Below the pieces are notes generated by a model. That model searched no databases and was not told the origin of the DNA. It was given only the letters and a program-made list of their open reading frames with translations. Positions 48,601-56,354 of a DNA stretch of 62,697 nt are shown here, in pieces. The stretch is from an uncultured Candidatus Poseidoniales archaeon. Lineage in GTDB: Archaea; Thermoplasmatota; Poseidoniia; Poseidoniales; Thalassarchaeaceae. The number at the start of each line of letters is the position of its first letter. Within the stretch, counting starts at the first letter, position 1. A program made the translations under genes and the position numbers. The stretch covers positions 1 through 62,697 of the forward strand of contig CAZXZO010000006.1 of the NCBI GenBank assembly GCA_964645485.1, read 5' to 3'.

Positions 48601-51345
48601 ACTATCTGCATCTTCCATTGCGTCAGTTGGGTCTCTAGGGTCAAGCGACCACTCATTACCGCCGTGGAATTCAGTACCAATCCATCGGCGGTTTGCAATC
48701 TCCCACCCATCAGGCATTCCATCGCCATCAGAATCTGAATTTGTAGGGTCTGTGGAACGATCGGTTCCTCCACTCGCTTGAGTACCAGGATAACCAACAG
48801 CATAGACCTGAGCAGCAACATTACCTTCATCTTGGTCGCAGACATATTCGCCTATCTCATAGTGACAAGTGAAGTTTGTTTCATCATAGAACCAACCCCA
48901 GTATTCTGAACCATCAAGTAACCCATCCCCATCAGTGTCAGATAGTCTAGGGTCGGTACCGTTCCATCCTTCAGGGGTGCTAGCGATATATCTGAATTCA
49001 TCTAAATTTGTCCAGTTATGATCGATGAGGTCATCTTCATATGGATTGATATTGATTCCATCTACATCTAAATCCTCTTCACCGTCAAATGGGTCGGTTG
49101 GATCTAGCCCGTGAGCAATCTCCCAACCATCAGGCATACCATCAAGGTCAGAGTCATTGCTAAACGGATTAATCAGCATGTGATTCGAGAATCTGCCAGG
49201 GTGTAGCCCAGCAAATACTGTATCATTGCCAAGAACGTCCATGACAATAATTTCGGTTACAAATCCAGGAATTCTAGTCTGTTGCTCATCAATACCCAAG
49301 GCTCTAGCGTGGTCACCATCCAACGTCCAAGTCCCGTGCCTTGAACCGATTAATATTTCATCACCAAGTGGTAAAATAGCGTGAACATCATTAGCACCAT
49401 CTAAATCGTTTTCATCATTCTGCATGCGGTCTCTTGAGAACGCTATGGAAGGGTCAGCCTCATCTAAAAGTGAGAATTGGTGTACTCCACCTGCAGTCCC
49501 GACCCAAAGTGTCTGAGTGCTAGAGATTGAACCATCTGGTTGACGTGGCCCATCTAATACAAGGGTCCTTACATTTGCAGAATGCGATATATTCTGTGGA
49601 TTTGCCTGTCGAACATAATTTTCTGCATCAGTCTCATTGAATATCCATAATGCAGGGTAATCACCGGTGACATCCTCAGTACTTGCTACTAAAAATCCGT
49701 GATCTGTTCCAACATAGAGTTTCTTTGCACCACCATTTACTGATGTATGCGCTATTGCTTGGATTGTTGCATTTTCAATCTCTAAGGCTTCAGTGAGTGT
49801 TTCTGCTTCTCTCAAATCAGAGATTTGGCCTGAACCATCAATTGTCAATGTCCATGCTTTTGAATCATCACCCGATACCAACAAGTCGAGGTTTCCTGAA
49901 CCAGTATCTAGTTGGTAGAGTCCACTCACAGGTTCCATTTCAATACCTGATAATCCGACATTTTGGTTGAGGAAACCATCACCATCCAAAGTCCAAATTT
50001 CTATTCCACTGTTTGTTGCAAGAACTAGTCTCTGCTCACCACCTTGGTCAGCCCACAACATCATGTCAAACAATTCACCACCCGGAGGGAGTGCCAAATC
50101 CCAACTCCCACCAGTGCTAGGTTCAAAGATAGTCAGTCCGCGCTTAGTGCCAACATATAGCAAGCCAAGTACTTCATCGGCCTGCAAAGAACGAACGTCG
50201 TGATGCATTATTCTTGGACTAGTACCTTGGTCATACATCGATACAGTGGCATCAACCTGACCAAGTAGAGTTGATTTCAGCCCCGCTCTAACCCACGTCC
50301 CATTGTCAATAAATGTGTAATATTCTTCTAAATTTGAGTAGGCTTCACCGATGTAAACGGTTGCTCTTGAACCATCAGGAATAATCATTCCATCTCGATT
50401 CAAGTCCCAGCCATCTGAATCACTATCAAGCAGGCTGTCGGATTCATTCAATGGATTTAGTCCAAAGAAAACTTCCCAACCATCGGGAATTGCATCGCCG
50501 CGGCTACTTTTCGCTAATTCGCGGCTACCAGACCAATAGTAGAAGTCACTATCATTTCGCAATGGGTCAGTGCCAAGCCAACCAGGAGAACCAGTAGGCC
50601 TGCTGACATTATCAGCACAAGCATCCATCAACTCAAAACAACGTAATCCGTGGATTTCGGTGGTCCAATTATCTGGAGCATTGTAATTGTATTCTTCGGC
50701 ATTTGTATACCATTCGTGGACCTCAATAATTCCATCGCGGTCTACATCAAATCCATCACCACAACCAAGTTCACCATCCCAACATCTGTCTGAGTCATTT
50801 TGGCCATCATGGGAGTTCAACGGGTCAAACCCGTCACATTCCCAAGCCATAGATTCGTTTTTCGCCCCTGTTTCACGCATACACATCCAAATTTCGTAAC
50901 CATCCGGCAACCCATCGCCATCAGTATCTGCTAGTCTAGGGTCTAGGAATTCTCGCATCCCTGATTCTGTTAACTCAGGAGGTATACCAGTTAGTGATTT
51001 ACGGTCAACGAAACAGTGGTCCAAATCGTATGGCCAGCAATATTCTTCTAGAGAATTTAGTCCATCATTATCAAAGTCAGATTCGTTGTCAGATGCATTT
51101 TCGTAATCAAGTCCACTTATTGTGTAGACCATGTCATCCAATGTTATGTTTCTATCAACACTATACATCTGCTCATGTAAGTCCGGAATCTTGTCTTTAT
51201 CAGTGTCAGTAATTGGTGGACCTTCCCCGGTCGTATCATCAGGATGAACTGAATCAACGTTTGAGGATGGTCTTGACATCGAAACGAAGGCAAGGCTTCC
51301 TAATAATAGCAAAGTGATGAAGAGAACTGTCTGTTTTCTGCGCAT
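45613..51345 (-). CDS. Giant (1910 aa) secreted acidic protein with ~25 DxDxDG(L/M)xDGWE-type Ca2+-binding (TSP3-like) loops and a central beta-propeller-like region
   Basis: N-terminal signal/anchor; repeats such as DTDGDGLPDGYE, DSDLDGMPDGWE, DSDGDGMPDGWE and DTDWDMLPDWYE; LYVGT-type blades at ~aa 380-730; no C-terminal TM. Confidence 0.82.
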   Translation of the reverse strand: MRRKQTVLFITLLLLGSLAFVSMSRPSSNVDSVHPDDTTGEGPPITDTDKDKIPDLHEQMYSVDRNITLDDMVYTISGLDYENASDNESDFDNDGLNSLEEYCWPYDLDHCFVDRKSLTGIPPELTESGMREFLDPRLADTDGDGLPDGYEIWMCMRETGAKNESMAWECDGFDPLNSHDGQNDSDRCWDGELGCGDGFDVDRDGIIEVHEWYTNAEEYNYNAPDNWTTEIHGLRCFELMDACADNVSRPTGSPGWLGTDPLRNDSDFYYWSGSRELAKSSRGDAIPDGWEVFFGLNPLNESDSLLDSDSDGWDLNRDGMIIPDGSRATVYIGEAYSNLEEYYTFIDNGTWVRAGLKSTLLGQVDATVSMYDQGTSPRIMHHDVRSLQADEVLGLLYVGTKRGLTIFEPSTGGSWDLALPPGGELFDMMLWADQGGEQRLVLATNSGIEIWTLDGDGFLNQNVGLSGIEMEPVSGLYQLDTGSGNLDLLVSGDDSKAWTLTIDGSGQISDLREAETLTEALEIENATIQAIAHTSVNGGAKKLYVGTDHGFLVASTEDVTGDYPALWIFNETDAENYVRQANPQNISHSANVRTLVLDGPRQPDGSISSTQTLWVGTAGGVHQFSLLDEADPSIAFSRDRMQNDENDLDGANDVHAILPLGDEILIGSRHGTWTLDGDHARALGIDEQQTRIPGFVTEIIVMDVLGNDTVFAGLHPGRFSNHMLINPFSNDSDLDGMPDGWEIAHGLDPTDPFDGEEDLDVDGININPYEDDLIDHNWTNLDEFRYIASTPEGWNGTDPRLSDTDGDGLLDGSEYWGWFYDETNFTCHYEIGEYVCDQDEGNVAAQVYAVGYPGTQASGGTDRSTDPTNSDSDGDGMPDGWEIANRRWIGTEFHGGNEWSLDPRDPTDAMEDADSDGLSNLCEYQWELLLQAALEDGLPAYGETAEAAASWSKIDPNNPDSDGDSLPDGWESRYSCTWLITNIGINPLNGSDAFSNPDGDGYDSNHDGVIQAEEEFSNWMEYHIRDDQIFGNFTESGAPLPDGFSTSLWNDTWVSSASRPFGEMVSPTTIASVPGMPLTDHGSANPLVADTDGDGMPDGWEVWYARWDTFESVWTLNPVNESDIFNDPDGDGMTNWEEYNSINATITETNENQTSPQYHPFKLGNTLILTPWNMAVGTSSFGSYITPSQYAMSGPTCDPNNADSDGDGLLDGIELLFTQWNSTFGNWSLNPLVSNDGGGDGDQDSLTDRQELNLTFENPLNGGLAPPDAPKMWEEAYALEPQNFTSRVQSILDNKLGRAFLALDQHAEWVSTGVARPLLATLIGITDPTNNDTDDDGMIDGYEYWFTEWDLDDNRWSMNPLTQSDIDADSDDDSYDCNEDGIIQMSERYTNLREYEARIYGKESLRYMFPPGYGLVDFGDDAIAAQMSENSLSWEDARQVIVNIFASKDVTSTERLSRINTAWSDNFNISLIGISDPTHPDSDMDGLPDGWEFCYGAYQEVMPVNEYRWTLNPVNPLDVNYDPDEDGWFDRTSQDTPAEQGRWANHAFTPGSIDDQYAPGNNPLFFTNWMEYDNGTRPDLNDTDGDAVNMVRVANSADPTLTDDFYRSWHLTDGREVFKYGTDATHNDTDWDMLPDWYELKYGWNETNDNWSSYQQVEVVWEQYSILGNIAMRPLHGNGSMLERPLLNWTWVTFDPTDPSDSLQDPDKDGNWDCSNAGCTYTPYNNFQEFFGLTNQSITSATLARATPVTIAGSDPPIQIVPQEWWELQNALLAKGRANEYQWNYLRMFRINQLSDQLYALVVDDHDIDYLTINGSDDTPLVKGDWTADWGRVFGDQYHLPNTGLGEMVYGWWLLDFNGDMIADGTNPINWDTDGDWLNDWFEIENDMLDGIRGNGPSPIRYDDRTTNSA

Positions 51346-51378
51346 GGGCTCACCTACAGCGTCCGCTGTTCACGAGAG

Positions 51379-51391
51379 AACCCTACGGGTT
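51379..51391. promoter_or_regulatory. Inverted repeat AACCC-TAC-GGGTT upstream of the 1910-aa gene
   Basis: 5-bp stem with TAC loop between a CATCATAAGG box (51402-51393) and a GGTGA RBS-like element. Confidence 0.4.
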
Positions 51392-51637
51392 TCCTTATGA
51401 TGCTGATGGAGCACAGTTCATACAAGCAATTGTTGTATGCTTGGAAAAACTGGCTAAAGTTAGTATTTTCAGAATTTTTTGAAATTAATTAAGACTAGAA
51501 AAATAAGTTAGAAGTATGTGGTAACGGTAAGCAATATTTTTCTCCACTGGCAAGCAAACAAGAGGGCATCAAAACACGATTTTTGTCGGAGTCAAGGCGG
51601 CTCCTTCAAGGAGTGACCGCGCTCCGCCGTAGTTTGC

Positions 51638-52438
51638 ATGACCTTGTCAATCACTCATCTTGGTTCAGGTTCTGGTGGGAACGCCACCCTAATTGCCACA
51701 GATGAGACAAAAATTTTACTCGATTGCGGGTTTTCTGGCAAACAAATCGAAAAACGTCTCGGACTCTTAGAAATCTCCCCAGATGAACTCGATGCGATTC
51801 TAATCAGTCACCACCATATTGACCATGCAAAAGGGGCTGCCATCACCCAGAAGCGGTGGGGAACAGAAGTTTGGGCTAATTTTGAAACATGTGCTAGGTT
51901 AGGCATGGACCCAGTAAATGAATGCCGTTTATTCGAGGCCTTGCAACGTATTGATATTGGGAGCGATTTGAGTATTCTCCCCGTGTCAGTAAATCATGAT
52001 GGGGCTGACAATGTAGGATTCATTGCATCTCATCGAGGAGAGCGAGCTGCGGTGGTAACTGACCTTGGATCTTGGAACGATGAATTAGCCCGTCACATGG
52101 CCGAATGTGTACACATTTCAGTAGAGGCAAATTATGACTCAAATCGATTGTGGAATGGCCCTTACCCTGAGCGCCTCAAACAGCGAATTTCTGGTCGTGG
52201 AGGACACTTGTCTAATCAGCAAACTGCGGACTTGTTATCGAATGTTGTAGGTAGCCATACGAGAAGTATAGTTTTGAGCCATCTAAGTGCTCAAAATAAC
52301 GCCCCACATTTGGCTGAAAGCGAGGTCCTGATGGAACTTGATGAAGTGTTCTCAGGTGACCTCTCAATCAGTACCCAAGACGGGCCCGAATTCGCCCATT
52401 ATTTAGGGCAATCAGAGCCCGAAAAAATTGCGATATGA
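51638..52438 (+). CDS. Metallo-beta-lactamase-fold hydrolase (YycJ/WalJ/PhnP-like)
   Basis: LGSGSGGNA, LLDCG, ISHHHIDH (HxHxDH), VEANYD, GHLSN and VLSHLSAQNN. Confidence 0.88.
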   Translation: MTLSITHLGSGSGGNATLIATDETKILLDCGFSGKQIEKRLGLLEISPDELDAILISHHHIDHAKGAAITQKRWGTEVWANFETCARLGMDPVNECRLFEALQRIDIGSDLSILPVSVNHDGADNVGFIASHRGERAAVVTDLGSWNDELARHMAECVHISVEANYDSNRLWNGPYPERLKQRISGRGGHLSNQQTADLLSNVVGSHTRSIVLSHLSAQNNAPHLAESEVLMELDEVFSGDLSISTQDGPEFAHYLGQSEPEKIAI

Positions 52439-52578
52439 AAATCGATAAATCAAGTAGATTAGAACTTGAATAATCTCCTTCAATATCGGCTCAAAATGAG
52501 TTGTTGAAATCATCAAATTGATCCCGGCTTCCAGCAGTACAATTGGTAACTGATGGTGGGATACACACTTTGTCAGAA

Positions 52579-52597
52579 ATATCGCCTACGGCGATGT
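52579..52597. promoter_or_regulatory. Inverted repeat ATATCGCC-TAC-GGCGATGT upstream of the pilin-like operon
   Basis: 6-bp perfect stem (8 with one G-T pair) with TAC loop, ~16 nt upstream of CATAAGAAC and 45-63 nt upstream of the GTG start. Confidence 0.5.
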
Positions 52598-52641
52598 TTA
52601 CCACAGCGAACCCATAAGAACAGGGAGGTTTAGTCGCAACT

Positions 52642-53661
52642 GTGAGGCGGAGCGGGAGCCATAACGAGGATGCGGTAAGCGAAATCCTCGGAGTTACTAT
52701 GCTGTTAGCCATGGTTGTCACTGTGATAGGGAGTGTGTTTGTTCTTCTAGCACCATTTCTAGAAGATATCAGCGATAACAGGGAATGGTCATCTGGTACC
52801 GTCGCAGCGACTCAATTGAATGACCGGATTTTAATTGCTGCACAAAGCCCAGAAGGGAGTGGTTTAGTTCAACAAAATGCCCAACTTTCTAGGTCTATGG
52901 ACCCACTTCAAGATGCTGAAATCTGGAAAATCCAAGCAGACTTAGGTGGTAGTGACCGAACTGTAGTTACCTTGGATGGAGACTTGCTAACAGTTTCAAG
53001 CCTCAATCGAACAGCATCAATTGTTAGGGTCACAGATTCAATTTCAACACAAAATTTTACCATGACAAATAGCACAAACGATTTCACAGTTTCAGGCTTA
53101 ATTGGAGACGTTATTATCGAAGTTGAGGATATTCACGGAACGATATCACATCGCTTCGTCGAGATAACGATTGATGGAATCCGGCTCAACAATGTATTGA
53201 CTGACGGCGAGTTTTCTGTTGATTTGGTTAATGGAGCAAGAATTGAAAAATTGCCAAATCAACCAGTTGAAGTCAAACAATTCCCCCGTTTCAAAACAGA
53301 TGTGTTACTAGATGGGACTCCAAGAGTTTCACTAATTCTTCTAAACCTTGATATCAGTTCATCTGCCACACGGCATATGACAAATGTTCACCTTGATTCA
53401 CAGGGCGAACAATCATTATTTGATGGAGAGGCAAGAAATTTAATTGTCGAAGTTGAAATTGCAGGAGACCCCTCAATATCTCCTCAATATATTCACCACT
53501 GGACGGGAGATTATGCCCTATATCTAGCCGGGAATTCAATTGATGATTACCAAGGCTTTGGACCCTATGAGCGTATTTCAGGGCTGGACGGGATAACCGT
53601 ACTGCCCGGTGATATGCCATTTCAGTTTGTTGCCACCTTACAATCGGTGGAGGTGTACTGA
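52642..53661 (+). CDS. Archaeal type IV pilin-like protein 1 (class III signal-like N-terminus)
   Basis: EDA|VSEILGVTMLLAMVVTVIG matches the archaeal pilin N-terminal pattern; GGAGG upstream. Confidence 0.72.
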   Translation: MRRSGSHNEDAVSEILGVTMLLAMVVTVIGSVFVLLAPFLEDISDNREWSSGTVAATQLNDRILIAAQSPEGSGLVQQNAQLSRSMDPLQDAEIWKIQADLGGSDRTVVTLDGDLLTVSSLNRTASIVRVTDSISTQNFTMTNSTNDFTVSGLIGDVIIEVEDIHGTISHRFVEITIDGIRLNNVLTDGEFSVDLVNGARIEKLPNQPVEVKQFPRFKTDVLLDGTPRVSLILLNLDISSSATRHMTNVHLDSQGEQSLFDGEARNLIVEVEIAGDPSISPQYIHHWTGDYALYLAGNSIDDYQGFGPYERISGLDGITVLPGDMPFQFVATLQSVEVY

Positions 53662-55874
53662 TGCGGCGCAGGTTTGATGATGAAGCGGTTTCAGCAGCAA
53701 TCGCAACTGTATTGTTATTCGCTGGCGTACTTGGAATTATTTCAGGAATGATGGTTACTATCACCCCTCTTATCAATGAGAAACATGGCTCGGTCGAGAG
53801 ACAAGCAATGGCGGGACAAATGGAGGATTTAGCAGCCGAGACAGTCAGAATCTCAGAAAATGGATTGCCTGGAGATTCTGCAACATTACAACTCAGGCCA
53901 CACACAGGGGAATTAGGTTGGAACTTAGCGCACGGTGGGACTTGGTACTCTGTAGCGTTCAATGAAGGGGGAAGTTTCCGGCTTGACGGTTTACTTGATT
54001 TAGATGACAAAACTAGAATTAGATACTCTGAAAGTGAAGTATCTGCAGTTTGTTTTTCTGACCTCAGAGCCAATAAAGATGCCACTTGGAATTACCGAAT
54101 TCCTAGCATTGATGGAACAATACTTGCAACACCTGCAACTACTCTTCAACAACCACTCTATGAAACAACCGTGGAATACAAATCAAGTGGAACTAGCACT
54201 TCTTACTCACTAGTTCCCGGTTCAGTGTTGTCAACTATGTCATCAGAAGAAAGTTGGCTAGAATCGGATGGCCCTCTGAAAGTTATTTTCTTACGGGGAA
54301 CGGGTGGAGTGACAATGCTTGAACCAGACCTAGCAAATCCTTCAGATGGAAAAGGAAGGGCATGGACTATTCCAATGCCTACGGGATCCGTCAGCCTCCA
54401 TCTGGTTAGTTCAGATTTAACAACAGTCAGTTGGGATTCAAATTCAAACTCAGGCACAGCGACTAGTACTGGTTCACCAGCAACATGGAATGGCGATTTC
54501 ACCGCGATAGATGGAGACGTGATGACTGTTCATTCTAGCAGTCCGGCAAGATTGATGATGGTTTGGGGAAGCGGCACAGGTGCAACAGTCTGGCCTGATG
54601 ATGGCGGCAGCGGATTAGGGATAAGTCACACATTACCGGCTGCAGCAGGTAGTATTCTAATTGAAAATCCTGAAACCACATCCATCGCAGTTCAGATTGA
54701 TGGATTGTTCAACACAATTTCAGCCCAGAGTTCAATGCGAATTTCATGGCCCGCAGCATCTTCACAGATTATATCCACTGGACCTGTGCAAATTCATTGG
54801 CTTGCAGAAGATGCAAGTAACTCCTATCGCACAGGTTCGCTCGAAATGATTCCAGCCTTGGATTCTGGCCGCTCAAGTGGCTTACAACATTCGTTTACCA
54901 CCCCTACTTCAGCGGGTGATGAAAGTGTACTAATTCAGAAAGCAAGTCCAGAAACATCTCTAACTTTGATTGCTGACCTTGAAGCAGGTCAATCACCTCA
55001 CATCACTGTGAATGATTCTACAGGTAGCAATCTAACAATTCTTTCTTCAACGGCTTCAAACTTAGTGAGAACTGCTGTCAACTCAACAGACATAATTGAT
55101 GATGCACCATTCAGAATTATATCCGTTGCCGGAGATGATGGCATGATGGAAATCCGCCAAGATGGAGAGCAGCGGTGCTTACCAATTGGATATTGGGCTT
55201 CGGGCTGGGTTGAACTAAATCTCCCTTGGGAAGATTTTTCCCACTATAGCGCTGCTATTGTGAAGGAAGCATGGAAAGATGGGTCACATCCATTGGGAGT
55301 AGAGGTAACTCTATTCGGACCACAAAATGGTGCACCACATCAAACTCTAGCATCTGCTTGGGGGGCTCATCTCCCTCGCCTGAACTATGAATTCCAAAGT
55401 TCAGTTTCGGGAATGGAAATCGGTTACCGTGGAGGGTTTGTTGGCACCAACCACCCAGAATACCAAGCCGATGTTCTTGTCCTCCCACCCGCCAGAGAAG
55501 GACCTGGCCCAAGATTAGCAGTTACGATTCCTCTAACTATGCCTGCAGATAGTTCTTCAGTCGGAAATAGCCAAGTTGCCCTTACAGTTTCATTAGACCA
55601 ACGAGTGCAGTTAGTTTCTGTACAGGCTCATGAAATACGCCGAGGTTGGGATGGCCCATACGGAGCAGCAATTGCTGCCGAGGCGTCTCAAGAGTTGGCT
55701 TTCAGTGCAGATTGGTTAACTTTCCCCGGCCGCATAGACCTTCTCGATGATTATGTTGGCTGGGTCCAATTGACTCATTCTAGTCCCGAGGCGGTCTACC
55801 ATGCGTCTGGGGAACCGATTATGTTCAATCTGCAACTAAGTCAAATTTCAATCGATACGGAGTTGATTATTTGA
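53661..55874 (+). CDS. Large (737 aa) pilin-like/adhesin protein 2 (class III signal-like N-terminus)
   Basis: DDEA|VSAAIATVLLFAGVLGII, followed by S/T-rich beta domains; TGATG overlap with the upstream stop. Confidence 0.7.
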   Translation: MRRRFDDEAVSAAIATVLLFAGVLGIISGMMVTITPLINEKHGSVERQAMAGQMEDLAAETVRISENGLPGDSATLQLRPHTGELGWNLAHGGTWYSVAFNEGGSFRLDGLLDLDDKTRIRYSESEVSAVCFSDLRANKDATWNYRIPSIDGTILATPATTLQQPLYETTVEYKSSGTSTSYSLVPGSVLSTMSSEESWLESDGPLKVIFLRGTGGVTMLEPDLANPSDGKGRAWTIPMPTGSVSLHLVSSDLTTVSWDSNSNSGTATSTGSPATWNGDFTAIDGDVMTVHSSSPARLMMVWGSGTGATVWPDDGGSGLGISHTLPAAAGSILIENPETTSIAVQIDGLFNTISAQSSMRISWPAASSQIISTGPVQIHWLAEDASNSYRTGSLEMIPALDSGRSSGLQHSFTTPTSAGDESVLIQKASPETSLTLIADLEAGQSPHITVNDSTGSNLTILSSTASNLVRTAVNSTDIIDDAPFRIISVAGDDGMMEIRQDGEQRCLPIGYWASGWVELNLPWEDFSHYSAAIVKEAWKDGSHPLGVEVTLFGPQNGAPHQTLASAWGAHLPRLNYEFQSSVSGMEIGYRGGFVGTNHPEYQADVLVLPPAREGPGPRLAVTIPLTMPADSSSVGNSQVALTVSLDQRVQLVSVQAHEIRRGWDGPYGAAIAAEASQELAFSADWLTFPGRIDLLDDYVGWVQLTHSSPEAVYHASGEPIMFNLQLSQISIDTELII

Positions 55875-56347
55875 GACGCAATTCCGTTCTCATGCGCGAC
55901 ACAGTCGCAGCAGCAACAGAGTTAGGCTACGTTCTTACATTCTTACTTGGACTTTCATTCCTGTCCGTGTTCAGCATTTGGACTTGGGAACTCCAAGATG
56001 AAAGAGGAGATGTATGGTTAGAACAGGCTATGGAGGAAAATTTAGATTCCATAGCCGCAGCAATAGAAAGAGCAGACCTTGCAAGTCGTCAAGATGGTAA
56101 TGTCACCTATGCAGAACCTGTTGAATTATTGTTATCTAAAGCCGTAAATTTAGAATTACGATTAGTTTTGGACGATGATGGACTTTTGATGCAAGATAAA
56201 GGTCAAAATCTGATAATCAGCAGAGACATTTCGTCTGCAAGTGCCACAACTCACAGCGGAGAAGTGGAATTAGCAGGATTAGAAAGAATATGGGTGTTAC
56301 TTGAGGGAAACAATGTAACTATCACTAGTAATCAACCTGGATTTTAA
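55871..56347 (+). CDS. Small pilin-like protein 3
   Basis: TVA|AATELGYVLTFLLG resembles the VSTTLGYVL pattern of euryarchaeal minor pilins; TTGA overlap with the upstream stop (alternative ATG at 55892). Confidence 0.6.
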   Translation: MRRNSVLMRDTVAAATELGYVLTFLLGLSFLSVFSIWTWELQDERGDVWLEQAMEENLDSIAAAIERADLASRQDGNVTYAEPVELLLSKAVNLELRLVLDDDGLLMQDKGQNLIISRDISSASATTHSGEVELAGLERIWVLLEGNNVTITSNQPGF

Positions 56348-56354
56348 ACCCAAA

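Noticed and set aside
51419-51439. CATACAA-N7-TTGTATG inverted repeat in the 51345-51638 divergent region
   Set aside because: It is a single AT-rich occurrence. Similarity to the 7-7-7 repeat at 28275-28295 is only in spacing, so there is not enough evidence to call it an operator.
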